DNA of 32,000 bases from Fastidiosibacter lacustris (GCF_003428155.1 NZ_QLIR01000011.1:1-32000), one strand, 5' to 3'; shown: positions 1 to 10,694, numbered from the stretch's first letter. Notes: generated from the sequence alone by a model not told the origin. Numbers and translations are program-made.

Positions 1-450
1 TTCATTGGTTATTTTGTGCAAATAACCGTGTTTATCATATTGATATCTCATCACAGTATCACTGCTGTTGTAAGGCGCTTGAACCGTAGCGGGAATAAAA
101 TGCTGATCATTCAGATACGTATAACGCCATTGTCTTGTATTGCTTTTATCAGCAGCGTTTACGGTGCTTATGTTTAACAGTCTGTTGTGATTGTCATACT
201 CAAACGAGGTGACTAAGCCATTGACTTCATTAGTGATCAATTGAGGCAGTTCAGCTTCAGTAAACTGATAGCTGATCTTCAAAGCATCCTCATCAGTGCA
301 TTGTTGACTAAAGAAAGGTTTATTAGCACAGGTATTACCACTATCCCCACCAGCATATCCCAATGAGGTCCATAACGTGCAAACTGATAGTAAATAAACT
401 AAATAAAAAAGTGTCGCTTGAAGATACTTTAGAACAACACTTTTAATCAT
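1..450 (-). CDS. Partial ORF (runs off left edge), exported YD-repeat/RHS-like protein, N-terminal 150 aa
   Basis: Own reverse-strand translation from ATG at 450: MIKSVVLKYLQATLFYLVYLLSVCTLWTSLGYAGGDSGNTCANKPFFSQQC...VTSFEYDNHNRLLNIST...MRYQYDKHGYLHKITNE, open to base 1. Hydrophobic N-terminal signal, then YD-like units (EYDNHNRLLNI, QYDKHGYLHKI). Confidence 0.6.
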   Translation of the reverse strand, partial: MIKSVVLKYLQATLFYLVYLLSVCTLWTSLGYAGGDSGNTCANKPFFSQQCTDEDALKISYQFTEAELPQLITNEVNGLVTSFEYDNHNRLLNISTVNAADKSNTRQWRYTYLNDQHFIPATVQAPYNSSDTVMRYQYDKHGYLHKITNE

Positions 451-649
451 CTAAGGTTTCCTTACATTCACTTTACCTCAAATACAGATGGTATCTTAAA
501 ATTCCAGTATCGCTGTAATGCTTTGTTGTAAAGAGTTGTTCGGTTGTGTTTCTCCAATCTCAAAACATAAAGGAACTAAATCTCAATCGATGATAACTTA
601 GTAAACGCTATCATAATTTTCTATTTTTTATGACTTTATTTTGCTTTTA

Positions 650-724
650 TGGTGTCCCGAGCAGGAATCGAACCTGCATTTAGCCCTTAGGAGGGGCTTG
701 TTCTATCCGTTAAACTATCGGAAC
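650..724 (-). tRNA. tRNA-Arg (anticodon CCT), CCA encoded
   Basis: Reverse strand GTTCCGATAGTTTAACGGATAGAACAAGCCCCTCCTAAGGGCTAAATGCAGGTTCGATTCCTGCTCGGGACACCA. Acceptor stem GTTCCGA/TCGGGAC (one G-U), T arm GCAGG-TTCGATT-CCTGC, anticodon stem AGCCC/GGGCT with loop CTCCTAA. Confidence 0.95.
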
Positions 725-783
725 ACGGCGCTAAATAATGCACGAAAATAGATGTTTATTCAAGTTCAGTTTCTGGTACAGAG

Positions 784-942
784 TCAATTTTTTGTAGCTT
801 GATTAACCGTGACAGACAGGGGTAACTTGTCTTTCAGGTAGGTGATAAGGGCTTTTACCACATTTTCATCTATGGTTTCTACCACCTCACCATTGACATC
901 TATTTTATCAAGAGTGACTAGACGCTCCAGCTCATTGGTGAT
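784..942 (-). pseudogene. Possible gene remnant, 52-codon open frame without a usual start
   Basis: Reverse-strand frame after a TAA: ITNELERLVTLDKIDVNGEVVETIDENVVKALITYLKDKLPLSVTVNQATKN*. Protein-like composition but no ATG, lying between glnS and the tRNA. Confidence 0.3.
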
Positions 943-1056
943 TTATTTTGTCCAAAAAATCGTAGTTATCGTATTGATCGCTAATCACTATGGACTTAAG
1001 GATTATTTTTGGAATCTCAAAATAAACTTGGGTCTGACTATAAGTGTATACATCTG

Positions 1057-2781
1057 TTATTTTGACCACGTATCTTTTAAGCTAACAATTTGATTAAAGA
1101 TCAGATGCTGATCGTTATGATCATAACGATCAGCACAGAAGTAACCTAAACGATTAAACTGAAAGCGTGTTTCAGGCGCCACGTCGGATAAGGATTTTTC
1201 AAGTTTAGCATTTTTAATGGTATTTAAAGAACTTGGGTTTAGTCCATCTTCTAAGTTATCCAGTCCACCAGGATTTTCACAGTTAAACAAACGATCATAT
1301 TGTCTTATTTCAGCATTGATACAGTTGTTTGCATCTACCCAATGTACTATGCATTCAGGTTTTTTGCCATCGGTAGGTTTCTGTCCACCTAGCGTTTCAG
1401 GAAGATAGTAGCATTTTAGTTTGGTGATGTTTCCTTTATCATCTCTCTCTAGCCCATAACATTCAATAACATAGGCGTTTAATAAACGAGCACGTCCATT
1501 TAAGCTGAGTCGTTTATGACCTTTTTCTAAAACATCCATAAAGTCATTTTGTTCAATATAAATTTGATTTGAAATACTGATATCTCTACGTCCAAAATCG
1601 GGATTCTGTGGATGATTAGGAACGTTAAGGAGTTCATGATTTAGGTTATCAATTTCAACGAGTAGGGGATACAAAACAACGTTTCGCCTTGGGGTAATTT
1701 GATTTAAATCATCTCGAATCACCTCTTCAAAAAGACTAAAATCGGTGAGGGAGTCTTGCTTAGAAATGCCAACAAGTTCAACTAATCTACGAATGGCAGA
1801 AGGCGTGACGCCTCTTCTGCGAAGCCCACAAATAGTAGGCATCCTTGGGTCATCCCAACCATGGACAAGCTGATTCTCAACGAGGTATTTAAGTTTTCGT
1901 TTACTGGTGATCGTGTAGTTTAGATTTAAGCGTGAAAACTCAATTTGCTGAGGCTTACATGTGAAGCCACATTTTTCAACTATCCAGTCATAAAGTGGGC
2001 GATGATCTTGAAATTCAAGTGTGCACAATGAATGAGTGATACTTTCAAGAGCATCTGATGCGGCGTGAGCAAAGTCGTACATTGGGTAAATACACCAAAG
2101 CTCTTCAGTATGAGGATGAGTAACTTTTTTGATCCGATAGAGTGTAGGATCGCGCATATTAATATTCCCTGAAGTCATATCTATTTTTGCACGCAAAGTA
2201 CAGCTGCCTTCATTGAACTCACCATTACGCATTTTTTGAAATTTTTGTAAATTTTCTTCAATAGATCGAGTGCGATAAGGACTGTCTACACCTTTTTCAG
2301 TGAGCGTACCTCGATAGCTTTTGACTTCATCAGCACTTAAGTCACAGACATAAGCATCTCCATTTTTAATGAGTTTAAGAGCTAACTCGTAAAGCGTTTC
2401 AAAGTAATCAGAGGCATAAAATAACTTGTCGTGCCAATCAAATCCTAGCCATTTTACATCTTCTTGGATGGCATGTACAAATTCAGCTTCTTCGTTAGCA
2501 GGGTTAGTGTCATCAAAGCGCAGATGACAAGGTCCGCGCTGATAAGCTTGCGCTAAGCCAAAATTCAAGCAAATGGATTTTGCATGTCCTATATGTAGGT
2601 AACCATTAGGCTCAGGTGGAAAACGGGTAACGACTTTACCCTTGTTTTTATTATGTTTAATGTCTTCATCAATAATATTGCGTATAAAGTTAGTCTTATG
2701 TGCAATGTCAGCCATAAAGCACTCGCGTTTTGTTTTTAACACCACATTGTAAAGTGCTTTAATAGCGAGCTCAATAGTCAC
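1057..2781 (-). CDS. glnS: Glutaminyl-tRNA synthetase; the real start is likely the internal Met of MADIAHKTNFIRN
   Basis: Class I aaRS signatures VVTRFPPEPNGYLHIGHAKSICLNFGLA, RFDDTNPANEE, C-terminal NQIVSLKDTWSK; full length. Confidence 0.97.
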   Translation of the reverse strand: MTIELAIKALYNVVLKTKRECFMADIAHKTNFIRNIIDEDIKHNKNKGKVVTRFPPEPNGYLHIGHAKSICLNFGLAQAYQRGPCHLRFDDTNPANEEAEFVHAIQEDVKWLGFDWHDKLFYASDYFETLYELALKLIKNGDAYVCDLSADEVKSYRGTLTEKGVDSPYRTRSIEENLQKFQKMRNGEFNEGSCTLRAKIDMTSGNINMRDPTLYRIKKVTHPHTEELWCIYPMYDFAHAASDALESITHSLCTLEFQDHRPLYDWIVEKCGFTCKPQQIEFSRLNLNYTITSKRKLKYLVENQLVHGWDDPRMPTICGLRRRGVTPSAIRRLVELVGISKQDSLTDFSLFEEVIRDDLNQITPRRNVVLYPLLVEIDNLNHELLNVPNHPQNPDFGRRDISISNQIYIEQNDFMDVLEKGHKRLSLNGRARLLNAYVIECYGLERDDKGNITKLKCYYLPETLGGQKPTDGKKPECIVHWVDANNCINAEIRQYDRLFNCENPGGLDNLEDGLNPSSLNTIKNAKLEKSLSDVAPETRFQFNRLGYFCADRYDHNDQHLIFNQIVSLKDTWSK

Positions 2782-2887
2782 AACGATAAAGGAAATAAAA
2801 ATTCAATAAAGTTAGCTATATTAGGTTGTTCATACTGCTTAAGCATATTATTATATTTGTGCTAGAACCAATGGAGAATCTACAAAC

Positions 2888-4507
2888 ATGTTGCTTGATC
2901 AGTTAAAAAAGTATCAAATTAATGAAACTAAAGAAATTTTTTACAATCTTAGTTATCAAGATTTGTATAGACACGAGACATCTAAGACTACTCACGGGTA
3001 TGAGAAAGGGATAGAAACTTCAACAGGTGCAGTGACTGTTGATACTGGTGAATACACAGGGCGCTCACCAAAAGATAAATTTATTGTTGAGACTCCAGAA
3101 GCAAAAGAAAATGTATGGTGGGCAAAAGATGGCTCAGATAATAAACCTTTATCTGCCAAAAGTTGGGAACATTTAAAAACACTTGCAACGAAGCAATTAA
3201 ATGATAAAAAACTCTATGTAATGGATGGTTTTTGTGGTGCCAATTCAGCGACAAGGCTTGCTGTCCGTTTGGTCACAGAAGTAGCATGGATGGCGCATTT
3301 TTTTAAAAATATGTTTATTCGCCCAACAGAAGAAGAGCTTAAAGCGTTTCAGCCAGATTGGACGATTTTGAATGCGTGTAAGACAAAATGTGAAGATTAT
3401 GAAAAGTGGGGTTTGAATTCTGAAACGTTTGTTGCTTTCAATATTACTGAACGTATGACTTTAATTGGTGGTACATGGTATGGTGGTGAGATCAAAAAAG
3501 GTATTTTTTCAATGATGAATTACTTTTTGCCACTCCAGGGGATTGGCTCTTTCCATTGCTCTGCTAATGTTGGTGATAAAGGCGATTCAGCTTTATTCTT
3601 TGGTTTATCAGGAACAGGTAAGACAACACTATCAGCAGATCCAAAGCGTAAACTCATAGGTGATGATGAACACGGTTGGGATGACGATGGCATTTTTAAC
3701 CTTGAGGGTGGTTGTTATGCCAAAACCATTAATCTATCTAAGGAGAATGAGCCTGATATTTATCACGCCATTCGTCGTGATGCGTTGTTGGAAAATGTTG
3801 TATTAAATATAGATAAAACAATTGATTTTTCTTCAAGTGTCAAGACAGAAAACACACGTGTATCGTATCCGATTTACCATATCAATAATATTGTTAAACC
3901 TGTTTCAAAAGCAAGACATCCAACTAAAATTATTTTCTTAACCTGTGATGCTTATGGTGTGTTACCACCTGTATCTAAGCTTTCAATTGAGCAAGCGATG
4001 TACCAGTTTTTATCAGGTTATACAGCAAAAGTAGCGGGAACTGAGCTAGGTGTCAAAGAACCAACAGCAGTTTTCTCATCGTGTTTTGGTCAGCCATTTT
4101 TATTGTTGCACCCAACTCGATATGCTGAGATTTTGGGCAAAAAAATGCTCGTGCATGGTGCGAGTGCATACCTTGTAAATACAGGTTGGACTGGTGGTGG
4201 TTATGGCAAGGGGCATCGTATTTCAATTAAAGATATGCGTGCAATTATTGATGCTATATTGGATGGATCGATTGATCATGCACCACTAAAAAAAGATGTG
4301 GTTTTTGACTTTGAGATTCCACAAGCTTTGCATGATGTTGATAGTAATATTTTAAATCCACGTAACACTTGGAAAGACAAAGAGGCTTACGATGTGCAAT
4401 ATCAGAAGTTAGCGGCGATGTTTGTTAAAAATTTTAAAAAATTCACTAACAATCTACTAGGGAAAAAATATGAGGAATATGGCCCAAAGTGTGACGCCTT
4501 GGTTTAG
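2888..4507 (+). CDS. pckA: Phosphoenolpyruvate carboxykinase (ATP)
   Basis: 539 aa with [78 protein letters not shown]. Confidence 0.97.
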   Translation: MLLDQLKKYQINETKEIFYNLSYQDLYRHETSKTTHGYEKGIETSTGAVTVDTGEYTGRSPKDKFIVETPEAKENVWWAKDGSDNKPLSAKSWEHLKTLATKQLNDKKLYVMDGFCGANSATRLAVRLVTEVAWMAHFFKNMFIRPTEEELKAFQPDWTILNACKTKCEDYEKWGLNSETFVAFNITERMTLIGGTWYGGEIKKGIFSMMNYFLPLQGIGSFHCSANVGDKGDSALFFGLSGTGKTTLSADPKRKLIGDDEHGWDDDGIFNLEGGCYAKTINLSKENEPDIYHAIRRDALLENVVLNIDKTIDFSSSVKTENTRVSYPIYHINNIVKPVSKARHPTKIIFLTCDAYGVLPPVSKLSIEQAMYQFLSGYTAKVAGTELGVKEPTAVFSSCFGQPFLLLHPTRYAEILGKKMLVHGASAYLVNTGWTGGGYGKGHRISIKDMRAIIDAILDGSIDHAPLKKDVVFDFEIPQALHDVDSNILNPRNTWKDKEAYDVQYQKLAAMFVKNFKKFTNNLLGKKYEEYGPKCDALV

Positions 4508-4674
4508 TTGATAAACTTAAGGCTTTAAAATAAAAACATGTTAAATATGAAATTTTCTTTCCTATAGTCATAGCGAACTTAAAAAACTTATTTGATTTTC
4601 ATATTTTTTCTAACTCATTGTTTTTCTATGATATATTTACCGACCTTATCAAAGATAAGTATTTCTCCTAATTT

Positions 4675-5874
4675 ATGAAAAAAGATGTCTTAGTGATTGG
4701 GGCAGGAGCCTCGGGCTTAATGTGTGCAATTGAAGCAGCAAAGCGTGGGCGCAAGGTCATTGTGATTGATCATGCCAATAAGGTTGGTAAAAAAATTTTA
4801 ATGTCAGGTGGCGGGCGTTGTAATTTCACCAATTACTATGTTGAACCTGCACGTTTTTTATCACAAAATCCGCATTTTTGTAAATCTGCGCTTAATCGCT
4901 ATACACAGTGGGATTTTGTTGCACTTGTTGACAAGTACCAGTTGCAATATCATGAAAAAACATTGGGGCAGTTATTTTGTAACGGTAAGTCTTCAGAAAT
5001 TATTGAGATTTTGCTTTCTGAATGTAAAAAATATGCAGTTGAGATAGAGCTCAACACTGAAATAGATGCAATTGAGGAATTAAAATCAAATGAAAAAAAA
5101 CTTACTGAGCGATTTAAAATCAAAACATCAGCACAAGGGTATATTGTAGAGTCACTTGTTATCGCAACAGGTGGCTTATCAATTCCCACTATGGGGGCAA
5201 CGGGGTTGGGTTATCAAATCGCTAAAGACTTTGGAATAAGAGTATTACCTACATCAGCTGCTTTAGTACCTTTTGTTTTATCAGAAAAAGATAAAAAACG
5301 TTATGCCACACTTTCAGGTATTTCAGTGTTTGTAGAAGTAGAATGTCGTAATCAGTCTTTTCGTGAGAATATACTTTTTACCCATAGGGGTTTAAGTGGT
5401 CCTGCGATGTTGCAAATTTCTTCTTTTTGGCAGTTAGGAGACATTTTGCATATTAATCTTGTTCCAGATGCTCCTGAGTTGGCAGCATATCTTGTGCAAG
5501 GGCAACATAAAAATGGTTCAATTAAGCTCAAAACTTTATTGGAAGAACTGCTACCTAAGCGTTTACTCAATGTGTTTTTAAATGAAACTATGCTAAACAG
5601 TAACATTGCAGAGCTTGCAACAAACAATCTGCTAGAGGTAGCAAATATATTGCAAAACTGGCAAATTAGACCATGTAGTACAGAGGGCTATCGAACAGCA
5701 GAAGTCACCAAAGGCGGTGTGCATTGTGATGAGCTATCATCCAAAACTTTTGAGAGTAAAAAAGTTAAAGGGTTGTATTTTATCGGAGAGGTGATAGATG
5801 TGACGGGCTGGTTAGGTGGATATAACTTTCAATGGGCATGGGCTTCTGGTTGGGCGGCAGGGCAAATTGTTTGA
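4675..5874 (+). CDS. BaiN/YhiN (HI0933)-family FAD-dependent flavoprotein
   Basis: N-terminal dinucleotide-binding VIGAGASGLMCAIEAAKRGRKVIVIDHANKVGKKILMSGGGRCNFTN; C-terminal GLYFIGEVIDVTGWLGGYNFQWAWASGWAAG. Confidence 0.9.
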   Translation: MKKDVLVIGAGASGLMCAIEAAKRGRKVIVIDHANKVGKKILMSGGGRCNFTNYYVEPARFLSQNPHFCKSALNRYTQWDFVALVDKYQLQYHEKTLGQLFCNGKSSEIIEILLSECKKYAVEIELNTEIDAIEELKSNEKKLTERFKIKTSAQGYIVESLVIATGGLSIPTMGATGLGYQIAKDFGIRVLPTSAALVPFVLSEKDKKRYATLSGISVFVEVECRNQSFRENILFTHRGLSGPAMLQISSFWQLGDILHINLVPDAPELAAYLVQGQHKNGSIKLKTLLEELLPKRLLNVFLNETMLNSNIAELATNNLLEVANILQNWQIRPCSTEGYRTAEVTKGGVHCDELSSKTFESKKVKGLYFIGEVIDVTGWLGGYNFQWAWASGWAAGQIV

Positions 5875-6050
5875 CCTGGTACTTGCTGCAAAAATTATAT
5901 TAACTGTAAATGTTTGTTTTAATGTTGAATATTGTTATATATTTACAGAAGCTAAAAATAACGTTATATTCTCACGCTGTACGGGATGGCTTAGGCAAAA
6001 TAACGCTTTAATTTCAACTCAGTTTATGTGAACAAATAAAGGGCAGAACA

Positions 6051-7553
6051 ATGAGTACAGGATATATACCCAAAAAATCGGGCGTTTCACTTGTAAGTGC
6101 AACGTTATTAAGTGCAACGTGTATGGTTGGTTCAGGTTGGCTTTTTAGTGCTCAATTAACAGCGAGAATTGCGGGAAATTGGGCATTTGTTGCGTGGATA
6201 TTAGCGGCTATTTTAGTATTATTTGTTGGACTTTGCTTGTCTAAAGTTGTATCTGTTTATCCTGTAAGAGGGGCAACAACCCGATCAAGTGCATTGTCAC
6301 ACAATGGTATTTTTGGGATGCCGTTTGCCTTTGCAAACTGGTTTGGAGTTATGGTAGTCATTGCAACAGAAGCACAAGCAACGACTCAATATCTATCTGC
6401 TGCTATTGGTTCTGAGGTGTTAATGCAAAATCATGCTTTAACGTACGGTGGTAAGTTTCTAGCATTAGGCATTTTATTTTTATATTTAGTTGTGAATTTT
6501 TATGGGATTAAGCTTTTAGCACGTGTCAACAATATTATTACGGTGTTTAAAATATTTATACCTCTTTTTGTAATTACAGTATTTTTAATTGCAGGCTTTG
6601 ATCACACAGGCGCTGTAAACAACTTTGATTTGACGACAAATGGTGATTATGGCTTTAGTAGTGCAGTGGTAGCTATCATTAGTGCTGGCTTAATTTACTC
6701 ATTCAATGGTTTTCAGATTAGTGTATCCTTTGCAAGTGAAATTAAAAATCCCAAACGTAATGTCCCTTTATCAATTATACTATCGGTATTTATTATTTTA
6801 ATTGTTTATATGGGCCTGCAATATGCCTTTATGACAGCGGTTCCCCATGATTTATTGGTTAAAAATGGTGGTTGGCAAGGAATGAATTTTTCATCGCCAT
6901 TATTAAATCTTGCAATGCTATTGGGATTAAATTTCTTAGCGTTGTTGTTGTTAGCAGATAGTGTAGTGAGTCCCTCTGGCACTGGTTACACTTATTTGGG
7001 TGCATCATCTCGTATGCTTTATGCAATGTCAGCTGAAGGGCAAATGCCACGTTGGATTGCAAAACTTGATCCGATCTATAATTTCTCCAAGCGGTCAATG
7101 ATGATTAATTGGATTTTAGCAGCTATTGTGTTGTTTAATGCTGAAAGTTGGGCGGCTTTAATGGTGATTGTAACTGGTTATCACGTTATTGGCTATATGG
7201 CAGCACCAATTAGCATGGGTGCTATTGCACCTAAAACGCGTTGGGCAGGTTTGGTGGTGTTTATTCTGTTAGGACTCATTATGCTGACGATTCCAGCGGG
7301 TGACTTGTTAATGGTTAATTTGTCATTAACAATATTGTTGGCGATCTATGCTGTTGTGCAACGAAAAGTGGGTGTGCAAAAATTGCTATTATTTATTATT
7401 CCGTTTATTGCATACTTATGGCTATTGTATATTGTGCCACATATTTGGTTTGTTGCTATTATTTCAGCTGTTTTCTATATTTTAATCACCACAAAGTCTT
7501 ACGTTGCTTTATGTAAAGAACATAGTGATGAGACTCGCGTGATTGAAGACTAA
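6051..7553 (+). CDS. APC-family amino acid permease
   Basis: 500 aa polytopic protein with about 12 hydrophobic segments; GSGWLFSAQLTARIAGNWAFVAWI and YSFNGFQISVSFASEIKNPKRNVPLSI typical of APC permeases. Confidence 0.85.
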   Translation: MSTGYIPKKSGVSLVSATLLSATCMVGSGWLFSAQLTARIAGNWAFVAWILAAILVLFVGLCLSKVVSVYPVRGATTRSSALSHNGIFGMPFAFANWFGVMVVIATEAQATTQYLSAAIGSEVLMQNHALTYGGKFLALGILFLYLVVNFYGIKLLARVNNIITVFKIFIPLFVITVFLIAGFDHTGAVNNFDLTTNGDYGFSSAVVAIISAGLIYSFNGFQISVSFASEIKNPKRNVPLSIILSVFIILIVYMGLQYAFMTAVPHDLLVKNGGWQGMNFSSPLLNLAMLLGLNFLALLLLADSVVSPSGTGYTYLGASSRMLYAMSAEGQMPRWIAKLDPIYNFSKRSMMINWILAAIVLFNAESWAALMVIVTGYHVIGYMAAPISMGAIAPKTRWAGLVVFILLGLIMLTIPAGDLLMVNLSLTILLAIYAVVQRKVGVQKLLLFIIPFIAYLWLLYIVPHIWFVAIISAVFYILITTKSYVALCKEHSDETRVIED

Positions 7554-7762
7554 GTATAGCATCGTATATACTTGTCAGATTTAAAATTTTGCTATCTAAA
7601 CTTGAAAAAACCCTATCTAGCTGTCATTCTTTAGATGGTGAATTCAAATGCTTGAGTACGAACTGTTTTGTGATTTTTGTGCTAAAAGTGTGCAAAATTT
7701 AAAAATCAGGAAGTTTGTAAAATAGTTTATGATGAAAATCACAAGATAGGAGTCTTGTTATT

Positions 7763-8032
7763 ATGGTTAGCGGAAAATTTTTACTGACATTTGATTGGGT
7801 AGTCAACTGTTTGAAATCCTTTAATCAAACCCAGCCAAAAGATAAAAAAATAGCAGAACGATTGCGTTATATCGTTAAGCTTGCAACTGCAAGAGGCTGC
7901 AAGTCGAGCGCTCATTTTTTTGAGCGTTTATGTCAGGTGAGTTTGTCGATTACTGAAATTCGTAAATCAACTAAACATTTAGCAAGTTTTGTTTCTCCTG
8001 ATGAGATGAAAATTTTATTATCGACTGCTTAA
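7763..8032 (+). CDS. Hypothetical protein, 89 aa
   Basis: ORF with upstream AGGAG-like site (gataggagtcttgttATG). Its 3' end overlaps the rsfS stop in convergent orientation. Confidence 0.5.
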   Translation: MVSGKFLLTFDWVVNCLKSFNQTQPKDKKIAERLRYIVKLATARGCKSSAHFFERLCQVSLSITEIRKSTKHLASFVSPDEMKILLSTA

Positions 8033-8373
8033 CTTGCTTTTGATGAGTTGGGTTTAATATCCCATAGTTTCTCAAGTTGATAGAAATTTCTCGTCTCTTC
8101 GCGCATAACGTGAACGACAATATCTGCTAAGTCGATTAAAATCCAGTCGCTTTTTGCCTCTCCTTCAACCCCTAGAATCTTAATGTTATGTTTTTTAGCC
8201 ATCATCTCTAAATGACTGGCTAAAGCTTTAGCATGTGTACCCGAATTAGCTGTACAAACAACAACGTAATTCATCAATTCGGTCAAATGGGTAACGTTCA
8301 TGACGTTGATGTTTTCTGCTTTAATGTCTTCTAAGGCATTTATAGTTAAATCAAGAATTTTTTTTGCTTCCAT
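8029..8373 (-). CDS. rsfS: Ribosome silencing factor RsfS/YbeB (Iojap family)
   Basis: LDLTINALEDIKAENINVMNVTHLTELMNYVVVCTANSGTHAKALASHL...GEAKSDWILIDLADIVVHVMREETRNFYQLEKLW is characteristic of the family. Confidence 0.93.
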   Translation of the reverse strand: MEAKKILDLTINALEDIKAENINVMNVTHLTELMNYVVVCTANSGTHAKALASHLEMMAKKHNIKILGVEGEAKSDWILIDLADIVVHVMREETRNFYQLEKLWDIKPNSSKAS

Positions 8374-8588
8374 TGTTGAAGTGATCGTAAAGTTACTTAA
8401 GTTTAAAGCGTAACAGTTTAGTATAAGTTAAAAAGACAAGCAAGTGCTATGTGATTGGTGATATTTTCGTTACAATGCAATCAAAAGAGGAGTTTAGGAG
8501 TTGCTTGGCAATATTTAAAACTGTTAATTGCAATTCTGCGTTTAAAGTTTTGTAGTGAATGTTAATAAAAATGCTCAGCAAAAAGTAA

Positions 8589-10691
8589 ATGAAAGGTAAA
8601 TTGAATTATACAGCTGAACAATGGGAGGTTATTAGACATGACCTTGATAGTCATGCTTTGATTGCAGCTGTGGCAGGTAGTGGTAAAACACAGACGTTAA
8701 TTGCACGCATTGAGCACCTATTAGAAAATAATGTAAATCCTCATGAGATATTAGTGTTAATGTTTAATAAATCAGCATGCAATGATTTTCAAAAGAGGTT
8801 AAGCTTACTTGAGTTTGATATGCGTCAACGAATTGACATTAAAACCTTTCATGCTTTAGGGTATAAAACGATTGGTTTTATGGAGAAAAAAGGCTTGCTT
8901 GAACCTGCAACCCTTATCAATGCAGACTACCTATTAGAAAAACTGACAAAAGAGGCTTTACAGAAAACGCACAGATTAATGGCATACAAAGAAGAGATTA
9001 CAACAGAACTTATTGATACCTTTAGTCAATACGTTGCAATGATTAAATCAAACTTACTATTATCAGATGCGCTTAAACTAATCAATAAGAGTGAGTACAG
9101 TAAAGTTGAGGTATTTTTTCAGTTTTATGAACAACTTCGTTATCACTATAAGTGGCGAACATTTGATGACTTACTCTATGAGCCGATGCAAATTTTATAC
9201 AAAAATAAAGTTTTAGCTGAACGCTTTGGCAATCGTTATCATTATGTGATAGTCGATGAATATCAAGATATTAATGAAGTGCAGCAATATTTGTTAAAGC
9301 TTGTTGCTGCAAATGCTAAATCGGTAATGGTAATGGGAGATGTAGATCAAACTATTTATGAATGGCGTGGCTCAAAACCATATTATATGTCAAAAGGTTT
9401 TGCTTTGGATTTTCAGCCACTTAAACGTTATAGTTTATCACAGACTTTTCGCTATGGGCATTTGTTGTCAATGATGGCAAATCAAGTGATTCAATATAAC
9501 GATGTGCGTTCACAAAAAATATGCTTTTCAGCACTAACTGCGCAAAAGAAAACGGACGTCAATATTATCAGTAAAAAGCAGTTAACATCTGTGATTGAAG
9601 CGGTTCAACAGGATTTAGATAATCAGCTATATTTGTTGCAAGATGTCGTTGTTTTAGTGAGGAAATATAGCTCGTCTATATTATTTGAGTTAGCCTGTTT
9701 GCAAGTAGGTATGACTTATCAAATCTTAGGTGGAAAAAGTGTATTTAAACTGTCAATAACCGAGACAATTTTAGGATATTTACAACTCACAGAACAAGCA
9801 AAGTACTTATTGATTCTAGATAAAGCCACGTGCCAAAATATAATATGTACAATGTTAAGCTATCCAAGTTTGTATTTAACAGCAAATCAATTACATAGTC
9901 TAGCAGCACTGCTTTGTGAGCAGCCAACTAAACCTGAAGAAGTATTTTCAGCATTTAATAAAATGTATACTTTGCCTTTTTATCAACAAAAACACATTGA
10001 AGAAAGAATGTTTGTATGGCGCACAATGTTAAATTGGCGTCCAACGGATAAAGCAAAGACAGTTATCAATGGATTATATACACTTTTAGATCTTAAAAGT
10101 TTCTTGACCAAAAAAACTACAGTTAATCCGGTATATATGGATAGTGATGTGGCAGATGCTTGGTTGAGTTTTGCATCGGATGATCAAAAGACTCTTGCAC
10201 AATTTATACAACAGCTTTTAAACTTGAAAGAAAAGTCGTTAAAAGACTCAAATAGCAATAGTGGATTAGTGATTTCATCTATCCATAAGGCAAAGGGTTT
10301 ACAATGGCAGCATGTAATATTGTGCGATATGACAGAACAAAGCTTCTTTGGTAACGTCAGTGAACAACCAACTCAAGAGGAAATTGAGAGAGAACGTAGA
10401 CTTTTCTATGTCGCAATTACACGTGCAATTAGCAAGCTTAGCATTATTGCTGGAACCGACATTGCAAAACTTAATCAATGGTTCAATACAGGTGGTGTGC
10501 GACATCCTTGTGACTTAAGAAAAACAAACTCGGTACGCTTTTTATATGAAAGTCAATTGCTTACGTGTGAAAAAGCGTTACATACACTCACAGAAAATCA
10601 CAATAATGCTGTGAACATTAAGCCAAAATATAATAAACTAATCGCAACTTATTTACAGAGGCTTCAATCAAAGGCCAGTTTAATTGAGTAA
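8589..10691 (+). CDS. UvrD/Rep-like SF1 DNA helicase
   Basis: AAVAGSGKTQTLIARIEHLL (Walker A), VIVDEYQDINEVQQ (Walker B), MGDVDQTIYEWRGS, SLSQTFRYG, HKAKGLQWQHVILCDM, ERRLFYVAITRAISKL. Confidence 0.93.
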   Translation: MKGKLNYTAEQWEVIRHDLDSHALIAAVAGSGKTQTLIARIEHLLENNVNPHEILVLMFNKSACNDFQKRLSLLEFDMRQRIDIKTFHALGYKTIGFMEKKGLLEPATLINADYLLEKLTKEALQKTHRLMAYKEEITTELIDTFSQYVAMIKSNLLLSDALKLINKSEYSKVEVFFQFYEQLRYHYKWRTFDDLLYEPMQILYKNKVLAERFGNRYHYVIVDEYQDINEVQQYLLKLVAANAKSVMVMGDVDQTIYEWRGSKPYYMSKGFALDFQPLKRYSLSQTFRYGHLLSMMANQVIQYNDVRSQKICFSALTAQKKTDVNIISKKQLTSVIEAVQQDLDNQLYLLQDVVVLVRKYSSSILFELACLQVGMTYQILGGKSVFKLSITETILGYLQLTEQAKYLLILDKATCQNIICTMLSYPSLYLTANQLHSLAALLCEQPTKPEEVFSAFNKMYTLPFYQQKHIEERMFVWRTMLNWRPTDKAKTVINGLYTLLDLKSFLTKKTTVNPVYMDSDVADAWLSFASDDQKTLAQFIQQLLNLKEKSLKDSNSNSGLVISSIHKAKGLQWQHVILCDMTEQSFFGNVSEQPTQEEIERERRLFYVAITRAISKLSIIAGTDIAKLNQWFNTGGVRHPCDLRKTNSVRFLYESQLLTCEKALHTLTENHNNAVNIKPKYNKLIATYLQRLQSKASLIE

Positions 10692-10694
10692 AAA

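Noticed and set aside
842-1093. 83-aa forward ORF in the track
   Set aside because: Opposite strand to the glnS 3' region and the more protein-like remnant frame; low-complexity Ser/Thr/Val and no recognisable family.
4950-5189. Reverse ORF (and those at 1217, 4808, 5352, 6859, 10299, 12112, 14758, 18925, 19142, 19578, 21043, 23696, 24505, 26279, 26688, 27028, 28969, 29016)
   Set aside because: Short frames antisense to, or overlapping out of frame, confidently identified genes.
6091-6125. Direct repeat agtgcaacgt x2 near the permease start
   Set aside because: Lies within coding sequence and encodes a chance SAT(L)L-SAT repeat; no sign of a regulatory or mobile element.
8589-10691. UvrD-like helicase as part of an anti-phage defence system
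   Set aside because: It sits in a run with low-MW PTP and engB with no nuclease or other defence partner; general DNA metabolism is the simpler reading.
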